A stretch of 64,000 nt of DNA from Octopus sinensis (lineage: Eukaryota), in contig NC_043014.1 in assembly GCF_006345805.1 (NCBI RefSeq), positions 8,246,001 through 8,310,000 of the forward strand. The letters run 5' to 3'. The notes under the pieces are model-generated. The model ran no database searches. It saw only the letters and a list, made by a program, of their open reading frames with translations, and was not told the origin of the DNA. Made by a program: the position numbers and the translations under genes. Of the stretch, positions 1-12,400 are shown one piece after another. The number at the start of each line of letters is the position of its first letter. Position 1 is the first letter of the stretch.

Positions 1-529
1 TTTCTGAAGATAGCAAAAAACCTTTTCTCCTACCCCTAACCCTAACCATATATAGAAAGAAAAACACTTTGTTGAAATGTATCTGGTACTTCCGGTACCT
101 ATACCGAAGTTACGCCAAAGCCTCCCTTGTGACTGCAAACTTCAAATTGAGTTTGGCTTTCTTCCTAAATCTAAGAAAACAGTAACGAATTTGGCAACTT
201 ATTGATTTGAAGTCTGACTTAACTGGAAATAAAATCCCAGACACATTTGAAAGACTGACACGAAACGAAACTTAGGATCTGAAAGTTGTATGCGTCGAGT
301 CCTTACTCTTCAGTTGCGTATTAAACTCTTTTTTAACTTGGGGGGGGGGCGGACATTGGTGGAGATGTAAACGAAAGAAGTGGTAGTGGGGGGTTGAAAT
401 TTTGAAGTTGCTATTTTTGAAAAATTCTTTTCAGAATCTGAATCTCCATAGCCTAAAACGTTTGATTCTGTAAAAAAAAAAAATTCATTAAAAGAATTAA
501 GGTGGGGAGGGTTTCTTGCAGAAAAGAAC

Positions 530-825
530 ATGGGCAAGTGTCTTCTATAGCCTGGGGCCGACCAGAGCCTTGTGAGTGGATTTGGTAGACGGAAACTGGA
601 AGAAGCCCATCGTATATATATATATATGTGTGTATTTGTTCCCCCACCATCGCTTGACAACCAATGTTGGTGTATTTACGTCTCTGTAACATAGCGGTTC
701 GACAAAAGAGACCGATAGAATAAGTATTAAGCTTACAAAGAATAAGTCCTGGGGTACCTTGTTCGACTAAAGGCGGTGCTCCAGTATGGCAACAGTCAAA
801 TAACTGAAACAAGTAAAAGAATAAA
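530..825 (+). mobile_element. SINE family A (tRNA-derived, internal TA/TG microsatellite), 5'-truncated
   Basis: gggcaagtgtcttc...ggatttggtagacggaaactg...gactgaaacaagtaaaaga. Confidence 0.85.
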
Positions 826-1125
826 AGAAAGTAAGAAAATAGAGAAAAAAGAAGAATGCACACTCCAGTTACATGTCCTGCCAGGAGAAATAGTGTTTCC
901 CTCCGAATTGTTGAAACACCAAGATATTAACATTGCTGGAGATAATAGCAAGGTTGAGGTACTTGAACAGTTAAGCTATCTCCTGTACATTAGCTGTTAC
1001 ATCAGTGAGTTGGGATACTCCTGGAGTCAATTATATTCCCTGTCAGTAGACCAGCACCACCATCCCCAATTTCTCAAAAGTCATTGGCTTAAAAGGTATA
1101 ATTTACCAACAGATTACAGTATTCA

Positions 1126-1460
1126 TCATCATCATCGTTTAACGTCCGCTTTCCATGTGTTGGACGATTTTGACTGAGGGCTGGCGAACCAGATGGCTGC
1201 ACCAGGCTTCAATCTTGATCTGGCAGAGTTTCTACAGCTGGATGCCCTTCCTAATGCCAACCACTCCGAGAGTTTAGTGGGTGCTTTTTACGTGCCACCG
1301 GTATGGGCGTCAGTCAGGCGGTACTGGCAACGACCGCGCTCGAATCTTTTTTACACATGCCACCAGCACAGGTGCCAGTGAAGCGACGTTGGTAACGATC
1401 ATGCTCGAATGGTGCCCTTTTACGTGCCACGGGTACGGGAGCCAGTTGGCTGCTCTGGCA
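1126..1460 (-). mobile_element. Family C element (RTE-like 3' end, (GAT)n tail, internal gtgccggtggcac repeats)
   Basis: tcatcatcatcgtttaacgtcc...ggatgcccttcctaatgccaaccactcc. Confidence 0.85.
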
Positions 1461-2079
1461 AACCTGCCATCTCCTTTATAGCTTTAAGAAATTTCAATAT
1501 AGGAAATAAGTCACTAATGGTGGCATCTCAAGTAAAGCATCTATTTCTATCCCAAGGGTAAAGAGAAACTCCATCAAGACTCTTCCCATCATCTCTAGAT
1601 GATAACAGTGGTTCCAGAGCTGGGGTGGTGTTTACCTTGGCTAGTACTCATTTGGCAACCAATGTAACCTGCATTTAGTCAAGATGATAACATTAAGGCC
1701 TCCAGAATCAAAGCACCATAATGACGCTTCATTCCCCCACATACATCAGCCTTAACTCTGAAGGCAATGGAAATGCAGAGATCATCCAGGCTTAGTAAGC
1801 CAGTGGTGTTTGCTTCAGGCAAAGTGTCAACTGTCTTTAGCTCTCACAAAAAGTAGGCAGTACTTTGAGTATTGATCGAATTCAACAAAAAGGGAAATAA
1901 AATGGTGCTTTGTAAATTGTCCAGGCAATAATTCTTTTTTCTGGAACTAAGAGTTGAAGCCTTCTCAGCGGTTGTTGAGCTGCAACCACCTCGTTGTTGG
2001 AAAGAAAATAATGTTGCCAACCAATATGGAACAAGGAAGTAAGGCAGAAATAGAGAGTAGCATTTATGTCAACGAAAAT

Positions 2080-2500
2080 CAAAATCGAAATCGATCAACA
2101 TCAATGGAAATTGTAGCTGTGATACCAGTGTCGATGGCATGTAAGAGAACCATCCGAACGTGGCTGTTTCAGCGCCACCCCGACTGGCCTCCGTGCCGGT
2201 GGCACGTAAAATGCACCGTCTGATTGTGGCTGTTGCCAGCCTCGTCTGGCCCCTGTGCCGGTGGCACATAAAAAGCACCATCCGATCGTGGCCGTTTGCC
2301 AGCCTTGTCTGGCACCTGTGTGGGTGGCACGTAAAAAGCACCCACTACACTCACGAGTGGTTGGCGTTAGGAGGGGCATCCAGCCCTAGAAACACTGCCA
2401 GATCAGACTGGGCATGGCGCAGCCTTCTGGCTTCCCAGACCCCAGTTGAACCATCAACCCATGCTAGCATGGAAAACGGACGTTAAATGATGATGATGAT
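2080..2500 (+). mobile_element. Family C element
   Basis: Several gtgcc-ggt-ggcac units, then gcgttaggaggggcatcc...ggacgttaaatgatgatgat. Confidence 0.85.
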
Positions 2501-2725
2501 AGACCCCAATTTCTTTGGATACTACTCCCTGGGTAAGGGATAGTGAAATGAGGTTAATAGTGACCAAGCTTTTGAGCTTTTCATGAATTACATTGTCAAA
2601 GACTCACAGAGATAACAAGAATGCAGGACTTCCCTTCAGTACTTAAACTTAGAGATAGATAGTTCTTAAAAATAAAAAAACAGAATTTTGATAGTATTGA
2701 CTTACATTACTATCATTTTGACAAT

Positions 2726-3130
2726 TCTCTCTCTTTACTCTTTTACTTGTTTCAGTCATTTGACTGCAGCCATGCTGGAGCACCGCCTTTAGTCGAGCAA
2801 ATTGACCCCGGGACTTATTCTTTGTAAGCCCAGTACTTATTCTATCAGACCCTTTTGCCAAACCGCTAAGTTACGGGGACGTAAACACACCAGCATCGGT
2901 TGTCAAGCAATGCTAGGGAGACAAACACAGACACACAAATATATACACACACATACATATATATACATATATACAACAGGCTTCTTACAGTTTCTGTCTA
3001 CCAAATCCACACACAAGGCATTGGTCGGCCCGAGGCTATAGCAGAAGACACTTGCCCAAGATGCCACGCAGTGGGACTGAACCCGGAACCATGTGGTTGG
3101 TAAGCAAGCTACTTACCACATAGCCACTCT
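2726..3130 (-). mobile_element. SINE family A
   Basis: Full copy in a PFDN2 intron; B-box-like ggttcagtccc and (taaaagag)n tail on minus. Confidence 0.9.
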
Positions 3131-3232
3131 TTTTTTTTTTTTTTTTTTTTGAATTGCACTTCAAATTACAAGATTGCCTCCAGACTGATCATGTTTCTTG
3201 TTAAACCATTTTCGCTATATCTTTCTTTCCAG

Positions 3233-3356
3233 CCTAGTAATAGAAAATCTTTCAGACGTTGATCCTGGTAAGAAATGTTTCCGAATGCTGGGTGGTGTAC
3301 TTGTAGAGCGGACGGTGAAAGATGTCTTGCCTGCTATAGTAAATAACAAGCAACAG
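3233..3356 (+). CDS. PFDN2: Prefoldin subunit 2, penultimate coding exon
   Basis: Acceptor ctttctttccAG (3231-32), donor CAG|GTAAG (3357). After one split-codon base it reads LVIENLSDVDPGKKCFRMLGGVLVERTVKDVLPAIVNNKQQ, matching the prefoldin-2 signature (K/R)C(F/Y)RM(L/V)GGVLVERTVK(D/E)VLPA. Confidence 0.93.
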
Positions 3357-3455
3357 GTAAGAAATATTTTTAAATAATTTCAGTATTTGTGAATAAAAAT
3401 ATTCTGCTGAATTAAATACTTACTAACATAGAATAATTTTGAAATATATATATAT

Positions 3456-3862
3456 GTGATCGTTGCCAGCCTCGCTTTACTGGCTCTTGTGCCCCGTGCT
3501 AGTAGGGTGCTAAGAGAACCATCCGAGCGTGATCGTTGCCAGAACGGCTAACTGGCTTCCGTGCCAGTGGCATGTGGGAGGCACCATTCGAGCGGGATCA
3601 TTACCAGCATTGCCTTACTGGCACCTGTGCCGTTGGCATGTGTAAAAAAACAAAAAAAATTTGAGCCACCTGACTGGCTCCCATGCCGGTGGCACGTAAA
3701 AGCGCCCACTACACTCTCGGAGTGGTTGGCGTTAGGAAGTGCATCCAGCTGTAGAAACTCTGCCAGATCAAGTCGAGCCTGGTGCAGCCATCTGGTTCGC
3801 CAGCCCACAGTCAAACCGTTCAACCCATGCTAGCATGGAAAGCAGATGTTAAACGACGATGA
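3456..3862 (+). mobile_element. Family C element, PFDN2 last intron
   Basis: Same structure and tail. Confidence 0.85.
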
Positions 3863-4350
3863 GATAGATATATATATATATATATATATAGTAAAGATGC
3901 TTCTGGCTCAATGATACAAACTCCTTTTTAAAGTGATGTAAATTAAAACCTCTCATTGAAATTTCCTATTAATTTAGGCTTTAAACAATGTAAAAATGAT
4001 AGTCATTTTGCTAAATCCTTAATTATTTTCAAAACTGAATTAAAAGCAGTATATTTCATCAGAAATATGGTGACAAACGATTTAAATCCCATGAGCAAAT
4101 GGATAAAACCATTTTTGTTTATTATGACTTGTTGGGTGTCATCACTCTTAATTGTTTTGGTTTTGGCTTGAACACTTGATCGAGTCTAAACATTAGTTTA
4201 ACAGCAGATTTCAGAATATGTGTGGATACACTGGAGTGATTCCTAGTTTCCAATGCAAAACTGGAACTCTGAACTACAAATTAACAAAACACCTGTAAAT
4301 TATAGAATGACAGCATAATTAATTACAGCCAAATAGACTTAAATAAGTAT

Positions 4351-4725
4351 GGCTTTCTTTCAATTTCTTTCTACCAAATCCACTCAAGGATTTGGTCAAC
4401 AGAAAGCTGACCAAATAAGTAGAAGACACTTATCCAAGGTGTCATGTTGTGGAACTAAACCTGGAATAATGTGGTTGGAAACCAAGCTTCTTACCACACA
4501 GCCACAAGCTGGCAGAAACGTTAGCACGCCGGGCGAAATGCTTAGCGGTATTTCGTCTGTCATTATGTTCTCAGTTCAAATTCCGCCAAGGTCGACTTTG
4601 CCTTTCATCCTCTAGTAGTCGATAAAGTACCAGTTTCGCACTGGGTTGATGTAATCGACTTAATCCATTTGTCTATCCTTGTTTGTCCCCTCTATGTTTA
4701 GCCCCTTGTGGGTAGTAAAGAAATA
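4351..4725. mobile_element. Partial SINE A (minus) abutting SINE B (plus), PFDN2 last intron
   Basis: 4351-4505 matches the family A head; 4505-4725 matches family B. Confidence 0.8.
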
Positions 4726-4915
4726 TATATATATTTTAGAAATTTGGTCATAAAGGCGTTAATTGATATGTAATATTTTTGGGGTGGGCTTTGCGAAAAT
4801 TCCAGTCATTCATACTATGTAGGATTTTGATTATATAGAAAGTTGTGAAAATTTTGACTGTATTCTCAGATATGTCAGTGGTTGTAATACTAAATTATTT
4901 ATGTTTATTTGTCAG

Positions 4916-5077
4916 ATGTCCAAGTTAATTGAAACTTTAAACAAACAGTTGGAATCCAAAGGTATAGAAATAAACAAATACAGAGAAACCCATAACTTAA
5001 AGATACGTGGTGAAGAAAGTAGTGAAGTGGAGAAGCAAGAAACCAAGCCTGGAACCCAGGGTGTCCTTGTCAGCTGA
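4916..5077 (+). CDS. PFDN2: Prefoldin subunit 2, last coding exon
   Basis: Acceptor tttatttgtcAG (4914-15), in phase with the previous exon. Reads MSKLIETLNKQLESKGIEINKYRETHNLKIRGEESSEVEKQETKPGTQGVLVS*; the GVLVS C-terminus and KG.E.N..RE.HN motif are typical of PFDN2. Confidence 0.92.
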   Translation: MSKLIETLNKQLESKGIEINKYRETHNLKIRGEESSEVEKQETKPGTQGVLVS

Positions 5078-5197
5078 GAAGTCAAATCGGGGTGCTTTTT
5101 TTTTTTTTCATATTAATTATAAATCCACAATTTATGAACAGTTAAAGATATATTGTCTGAAACCTTCAATGACTGAATAGTTTCGTATTTGAAAAGA

Positions 5198-5336
5198 AAT
5201 AAACTAAGGATGGCTTGTTTACGCTTTGATGTTGTAATGTTTCTACTTGAACATTCTTTCAGCTTTCTTTCAACATTTATTTATTTTCTCTGCCCTACCC
5301 TGGTTGCCTTTTAGGTTCTGGCAACACTTTAATAAA
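5198..5336 (+). terminator. Candidate PFDN2 polyadenylation signals
   Basis: AATAAA at 5198-5203 and 5331-5336, 120-260 nt after the stop codon, followed by T-rich sequence. Confidence 0.45.
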
Positions 5337-5566
5337 CTTCCACATGATTTTTATGTTAATTATCTTTCCAAGACTGGATGACGTGTCCTGGAGAGGATAT
5401 CAGCTCAGCTTGTATGTAGTGTGTTTGTAATGTTATTTTTAACCATTTTTCTTGTGGAAAGCTAAAACAGCCATATGTGAGGCTATTATATATTCCCATG
5501 TTTTGACTAATTCTACATAAGAGCGTGTGAGTGCGTGAACTTTACTCTGAGGTATTAACACCAGAA

Positions 5567-5783
5567 GGCGGCGAGCTGGCACGCCGGGCGAAATGCTTAG
5601 CAGTATTTCGTCTGCGTTACGTTGTGAGTTCAAATTCCGCCGAGGTCGACTTTGCCTTTCATCCTTTCGGGGTCGATAAATTAAGTACCAGTTACGCACT
5701 GGGGTCGATGTAATCGACTTAATACCTATGTCTGTCCTTGTTTGTCCCCTCTGTGTTTAGCCCCTTGTGGGTAATAAAGAAAT
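5567..5783 (+). mobile_element. SINE family B (tRNA head, Nin-like central domain) with 17-bp TSD
   Basis: ggcggcgagctggca...gactttgcctttcatcctttcggggtcgataaattaagtacc...aagaaat; TSD aggtattaacaccagaa at 5550-66 and 5784-5800. Confidence 0.9.
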
Positions 5784-7052
5784 AGGTATTAACACCAGAA
5801 TTATATTAAAACTGGACTAAGTATATTGCTTGTTATTCTCATGTGTAACACTTTGCATTCTTAGTCTTTATTATAATTTGCCCGAGTCTGTTCTTCGGTT
5901 CTTTCACCTGTAACAGTTCAGGCTGTATGGAATCACTGCCTTCAGTAAGATATTAAAATTTAACTTAAGTCTGAACATTGTACAGAGTATCCTGGGCGCA
6001 TCTGTATGTGTGTGTTGAAATGATAACTTTAATGACATCCACTGTTAAACATGCTTCAACATATTAACTATTAACAATCATAGTGAATATCTTGACCCCA
6101 CTTTAATTACTGATATACTGCAAAAGACTTGGTGTAGGAAATCTCTACAAGGCTCCTTTACAGACACCATCCTTTTACACACTTTAAACTATGGGAAGCT
6201 TTGAACCCAGTATTGCAAATTAACAGAAAATACCTGATAATTACACAGTATGTATTTCTGCTATCTACTATAATATATATATGTATATATATATAGTCCA
6301 ACCCATATCGACATGGAAAACAGACATTAAATGTTGATGATATATCTTGCAACTAGCCTGGAGATATCTCAACAACTTGGGCTACACTTCAGTTTCCTAT
6401 TTTGGCCTGTTTTAAGTGTCTACATTTCCATTAAAATTACATGAAATGCCACCAGCTAAGACTAATTTAATTACAGATTGCATTTAAATTTCCTCTAAAA
6501 TCATTTTGTGTTTGTTTCTCATTGTCTTTTCTGGCTATTTTCCTGCATAAATTCAAAGCTGAAAATTTCCTGACTTAAGATTAGATCTTTCCCACCTTAA
6601 GCCAGCTTTCCTGTTTCAAACTAGCAACTCCAGATATTTTCTTGGTAATCTTCGTTTCCTGAACTGCAACCCAAATTTTGTGGATTTCATTTATGCATTA
6701 TTTTTAATCCCTGTTTTTGACTTTGTTTTTCTTTTTATAATTTTTACTTACAAAGTATTAAAGATGTCTAAAATATAAATAAATAAATAAATTTTTCTTT
6801 TACATCTGAAGTAAATATATTTGATTTTTATTTTCCTCCCCAAATGGAAAACTTTTATTTAAGAAATGGGCTCATTATTAATGTTGTATTCAAAACATTG
6901 ATATTTAATACATTCTTCAAAAAAATTTTTTTTAATTAGTGTTTGTGAAAATGCATAACTGTACTGTACTAAAACTGTCTTGGTATCAACACAACATCAT
7001 ATTGGGTTGGTGCATAATTATTGCAGATTTTATTCAACAAAAACATCTTTAA

Positions 7053-7475
7053 CCCTTTAGTGTTCAGATTGTTCAATCAAACATAATGCCTATTGATTCC
7101 CATTGATTTGAATTAACCCTTTCATTACCAACCCGGTTCTGGCTCTGTAGTACAAATGTCTTGTTTTCATAAGTTTTGCATCAAAATATACCACCAAACC
7201 TTAGTTGCAATTTATATTCCTAACACTAGCTTAATGATAACTAAGTTATTTTACTAAATTCTTTGTTATATTTAAAATAATTGAAAGAAACACAGAGCAT
7301 CTCAAAATAAGTACGGTAATGAAAGGGTTAATCATGCATTATCTCATATCTTCAAGATCTTGATGGTGTAATTACTTGATGTAGAGTAACATTGTAGGGT
7401 AGGTGTGAGGGCCTGGATCTGGTCAGTATGAACAAAAACAGATTAAACATTTTGGCCGGTTTAAATACTAAAGAG
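7053..7475. mobile_element. piggyBac-type MITE (outer)
   Basis: TTAA flanks at 7049-52 and 7476-79; ends ccctttagtgtt ... aatactaaagag; same family as 60773-60988. Confidence 0.75.
7117..7327. mobile_element. piggyBac-type MITE (inner)
   Basis: Perfect TIR ccctttcattacc/ggtaatgaaaggg with TTAA at 7113-16 and 7328-31. Confidence 0.85.
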
Positions 7476-7695
7476 TTAAATGACGGTCTAACCGTCTGCC
7501 AAGCAAATGAGAAGCAGTAATTGAAGTAGATGATGAATATGCTCCAGAATAATCATTTAAAGATGTTTTTCTTACATGTTATTTTGTTGAATAAAATTTG
7601 ATGAAAAAAGCCGCAATAATTATGCACCAACCCAGTAGATTGTATCCCTTACCAAACTGGTTCGACAAGATATGTAAAAATAAGTGAAATAGTTA

Positions 7696-8075
7696 GCAGG
7701 AGTGGCTGTGTGGTAAGTAGCTTGCTAACCAACCACATGGTTCCGGGTTCAGTCCCACTGCGTGGCGTCTTGGGCAAGTGTCTTCTGCTATAGCCCCGGG
7801 CCGACCAATGCCTTGTGAGTGGATTTGGTAGACAGAAACTGAAAGAAGCCTGTCGTATATATGTATATATATATGTATGTGTTTGTCCCCCTAGCATTGC
7901 TTGACAACCGATGGTGTATTTACGTCCCTGTCACTTAGTGGTTCGGCAAAAAGAGACCAATAGAATAAGTACTGGGCTTACAAAGAATAAGTCCCGGGGT
8001 GGATTTGCTCGACTAAAGGCGGTGCTCCAGCATGACCGCAGTCAACTGACTGAAACAAGTAAGAGAGTAAAGAGT
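7696..8075 (+). mobile_element. SINE family A
   Basis: Matches family consensus end to end. Confidence 0.9.
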
Positions 8076-8419
8076 TACAGCTTCAAAGGATTTATTCTTA
8101 AATAAAAAGTTCCCTTGAGTTACATTTCAAAGGTTCAAAGGGGAATAGTAATGGTGATGGGGTTAGAATCTTTTTGGTATTCTCTGCACTGGTTTGCATA
8201 TTTCATTATTGCTTATTATTTCAGCTGGGATGCCCATAAGGCGAACCATGAAATAATTGGAACCTATTTTCTCTGGCAACCTTATTAGAGTGCCTGGTAG
8301 TTGGTGAGTTTAGTGGTTCATAAATCATAAAGGGGAGAGATTTATGGGCACATTCCACATATACGTACCTTTTCCTTCTTTGGACACTAAACTCTGCTTG
8401 TGAAGACCTATTGAGGCAG

Positions 8420-8750
8420 GTGAAATCAAAATCAAATTTGATGACTGGCATCTGTGCTAGCGGGGTGCAAAGAGCACCATACGAATGTGACCGTTGACAG
8501 AGTGGCTAACCGGCTTCCGTGCCGGTGGCACATAGAAGGCACCATTCGAGTGTGATCGTTACCAGCATCGCCTTACTGGCACTTGTGCCTGTGCTAATAG
8601 GGTGCCAAGAGCACCATCTGAGCATGATCGTTGCCAGAGCGGCTATCTGGCCTCCATGTAGGTGACACGTAAAAGGCACCGTTCAAGCGTGATCGTTACC
8701 AGCATCACCTTACTGGCATGTGTAAAAGATTCGAGCGAGGTCGTTGCCAG
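8420..8750 (+). mobile_element. Family C element, 5' part only
   Basis: Repeat units present; cut at 8755 by a family B 3' end. Confidence 0.75.
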
Positions 8751-8799
8751 TACCTATTTCTTTACTACCCATAAGGGGCTAAACACAGAAGGGACAGAC

Positions 8800-9290
8800 A
8801 TGGATTAAGTCGAGGCTGGCATATATATAGAGTGAGAGAGCTATTACCTCTGTTGGCAACCAAAGGGCTCTGTCAGAGTGAAAGGTAGACTATATGATGC
8901 TTGTGTGCGAACAGCTATACTCCATGGTAGTGAGACATGGGCTCTGAATGCAGAAGACATGCATAGACTGGAGAGAAATGAAGGTCGTATGCTCTGTTGG
9001 ATGTACAAAAGTATTGAGAGAAAAGTTGGGCGTTAGAGAAATCAAATGTAGTATGCAAGAGAGAAGACTACGTTGGTTTGGACATGTGGTGCGTATGAAT
9101 GAGGACAGCTGCATGAAGTGCCAACCACTGAAAGAGGATGGTACCTGCAGAAGAGAGAGACCCAGGAAGACGTGGGATGAAGTGGTAAGGACCGATCTCA
9201 GGATGTAGGGCCTCGCAGAGGAAATGACTGGACCAAGATGTCTGAGGATATGAAGTTCTTGAGAAGGCCTGCCCATGTCAGCAAAACAGT
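8800..9290 (+). mobile_element. RTE-type LINE 3' fragment
   Basis: ERRLRWFGHVVRM...RERPRKTWDEVVRTDL, a typical RTE ORF C-terminus. Confidence 0.8.
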
Positions 9291-10227
9291 TCTAGAAGCA
9301 CTGTGTCCCACCAAGTAAACTCACACAGCCTACCACAACAAACCAAACTACATCTCTTCTCTTCCTCATATTTCTGCTTCATGCACTGTGCTTACTTCCC
9401 AGTCCTGTCCTCTTGGCCCTGTGTCACTGTATCATTGCTCTCCTCTAGTCCCCAACCTGTGTGTTCCACCCACATGCTCTGTCTCACTGTATTATTGCTA
9501 TCTGGTAGCCCCCAGACTGTGTGTTCCACCTATACATAACAAAAAAACTTTTCACTCACCCTACCCCAACAAACCCATCTACATCTCTCCTCTTCCACAC
9601 ATTTCCTCTTTCATATACTATGCCTTGTTCTCGCTCCCAAATCCTGTCCTCACGGCCCTGTTCCTCTGTATCATTGCTATCGGGTAGCCCTACCCTCACC
9701 CCCAACTCTATGCCCAGATTTTCGCCACTCACTTCTCCCCTCCGCACTCTTTAATCACACTCCCTTTGCAATATCTTGCTACTTATATTATGGCATTCAT
9801 GGTGAGGAATCTGCCAAGTGTGTCATTACTTTTGAACAAAATTCTGAAGTTATATGCACTACAAACCTGAATTTTTCTCCAACAAACCCTTTCAGTAAAG
9901 TAAAATCATTGTAATTTAAATCTGGTGTATGCAATTGAGGGAGTTTTAAATTAAAAAAAGGCATCTTGGTATCATACTTAAAGTATACACACTGTCAATA
10001 GGCCAGTTTTTGCAGTATTTGTCCTGATATAGCATCTCTTATGGACATGATGTGTTAAAAACTATTAATATTTCATGCTCAAATCCACTGCACAGGACCT
10101 TCGGGAAGTGTCTTCTAAGATAGTCCCATATCATATATATTTAATTTTATTGGCCCTCAGAGAATGAGAAGCAAATTTCACTGAGACAGGATTTGAACTC
10201 AGAACAAGAAATGCTGGAAGAAATACC

Positions 10228-10566
10228 TATTTCTTTACTACCCACGAGGGGCTACACGCTGTGGGGACAAAGAAGGACAGACAAACGGATTATATCGACC
10301 CCAGTGCGTAACTGGTACTTAATTTATCAACCCTGAAAGGATGAAAGGCAAAGTCGACCTTGGCGGAATTTGAACTCAGGACGTAATACCAGACGAAAAT
10401 ACAGCTACGCATTTCGCCCGGCTTGCTAAAATTTCTGCCATCTCGCCGCCTTCCGAAAGGATGAAAGGCAAAGTCGACCTCGGTGGAATTTGAACTCACA
10501 ACATAACGGCAGACAAAATACAGCTACGCATTTCACCCACCGTGCTAACGTTTCTGCCAGCTCGCC
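10228..10566 (-). mobile_element. SINE family B, double-headed composite
   Basis: Direct repeat ggaagaaatacc at 10216-27 and 10566-77. Confidence 0.85.
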
Positions 10567-10675
10567 GGAAGAAATACCACCAAGCATTTTTTGTGATGCT
10601 CTACTGATTCTTCCAGCTCTGTCCTTATATTTTTTTTAATCCTGTTTGCTCTTCGTCTTCTGTTTTTAATGTTCT

Positions 10676-11040
10676 TCAAGGCATGCAAACCAAATACAAC
10701 ACAGTTTCATCTGCATTATAAATTTGCCAAGGATTAAGGTCTTCGTCGTATAGGAGTTGTACAGATCCATCAACATATTTTGCAGATTTCTTCATGGTTT
10801 TCTCTGCACGCTTCATTCTTGAGAATTCCATAACGCTTCTTTTACCAGAAGCACACTCATTTTCTAAACTGAGTTCTTTAGGAAACAACTTAACCGATTC
10901 CATTATCAAGTTACCAGACAAGTCCAATCTATCACTCCGACGTTGTCGAAATCATTCAATCATCACTTAAACATAATCAATACTTTTACCAAGCCATAGA
11001 TTTTCTAATGGTCATTTTGTTTTTTCATACATTGACCAAT
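10676..11040 (-). pseudogene. Tigger/pogo-family transposase fragment
   Basis: ORF 10676-10927 contains LNPWQIYNADETVL (pogo IYNADETGL motif); upstream sequence resembles the CENP-B HTH (W/F RQRRSD..LSG.LIME.VKLF) with stops. Confidence 0.7.
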
Positions 11041-11086
11041 GCCACAGATATCACAACTTGCTTATAGAAACATTATTATTATTAAC

Positions 11087-11480
11087 AGGCGCAGGAGTGG
11101 CTGTGTGGTAAGTAACTTGCTTACAAACCACATGGTTCCAGGTTCAGTCCCACTGCGTGGCATCTTGGGCAAGTGTCTTCTGCTATAGAGCCTCGGGTCA
11201 ACCAAAGGCTTGTGAGTGGATTTGGTAGACGGAAACTGAAAGAAGCCTGTCGAATATATGTATTTATATATATGTGTGTGTGTGTGTGTGTGTTTATCCC
11301 CCCAACATCGCTTGACAACCGATGTTGGTGTGTTTACGTGTCCGTAACTTAGTGGTTCGGCAAAAGAGACCGATAGAATAAGTACTAGGCTTCCAAAGAA
11401 TAAATCCTGAGGTCGATTTGCTCGACTAAAGGCGGTGCTCCATCATGGCCGCAGTCAAATGACTGAAATAAGTACAAGAG
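11087..11480 (+). mobile_element. SINE family A
   Basis: Matches family consensus. Confidence 0.9.
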
Positions 11481-11591
11481 TTCTACTTTATCTTGCGTTG
11501 GAGCTTCTGCAGTTTCACGCCTCACCTTCAATAACGCAATTTTTTTCAAAACATTTCTTCGGATTCCTAGATTTTAGATGTTGGAGATTAC

Positions 11592-11950
11592 AGATCTTTT
11601 TTCTAGCGGTGTTGTATGAAATTGTCACCCATAATTATGACCCTAGAATCGATCTATTGCATTTCAATTCAAGGGGTGGGGGAAGGGTATATCTTTTCTT
11701 CACAAATGTAAATAATCCCAATCTGTTTCTTAAACAAGGGACATATTCATACGGCACAGAATGTTTTTTTTACCTCAATGGACGTCAGTGATTGGTTGAA
11801 ATTGCAGAAATTGAAGAAAAAACAACAACAAATATCTTACAAACTATAGAATTTTCTCAATAAAGCCAGGAGTAAAAGATGTTTTATAAACACATTCTAC
11901 CAGTATACGAAGTTTAAAACTTTTTAGTTACCTAGAAATTATGTTAAATA
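11592..11950. mobile_element. MITE family B, deleted copy
   Basis: Near-identical to 14800-15140; further fragments at 1-50 and 30400-30480. Confidence 0.7.
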
Positions 11951-12129
11951 CCATCAAGCATTTTCCCCATGAACACACATACAAGTTCGCAGTCTATTTC
12001 CCGCCAACTGATTATTCAGTACATTACTTTATACGAATAAATTATCAGCGGGGAGTTGAATTGCTCTACCACAGGAGGCTTTGTGTACATCTTTGTTTAG
12101 TGACGGTATCAACAGTCTGAATTTGCGTT

Positions 12130-12400
12130 TCATTCTTTTCTGGGTCGATTAAATAAGTACCAGTTACGCACTAGGGTGGATATAATTGACTTAATCCCTT
12201 TGTCTGTCCTTGTTTGTCCCCTCTATGTTTAGCCCCTTGTGAGCAATAAAGAAATAGGTATTTTGCCTGTCTTTACGTTTGGGGTTCAAATTCTGCCGAG
12301 GTCGAATTTGCCTTTCATTCTTTTGGGGTCGATGAAATAAGTACCAGTTACGCACTGGGGTCGAGGTAATTGACTAGCCTCTTCCCCCAAAATTTTCAAG
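12130..12400 (+). mobile_element. SINE family B tandem fragments
   Basis: Unit junction aaataggtattttgcc at about 12250. Confidence 0.8.

Larger units (their letters stand above)
7002..7635. mobile_element. Mariner-type MITE hosting two nested piggyBac-type MITEs
   Basis: TIR ttgggttggtgcataattattgc / gcaataattatgcaccaacccag, TA flanks at 7000-01 and 7636-37; resembles MADE1/Hsmar1 termini. Confidence 0.8.

Noticed and set aside
310-863. Recurrent MSSDVGG.../MLQ..SQ short ORFs here and at many other sites
   Set aside because: All fall in SINE family A copies.
860-1100. ORF 776-1177 as a PFDN2 upstream exon
   Set aside because: No prefoldin similarity; begins in a SINE and weakly resembles a decayed LINE (VEVLEQLSYL).
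8225-8303. Possible coding exon (ttcAG...GTGAGT)
   Set aside because: Stops in all three frames and adjacent to repeat-derived sequence.
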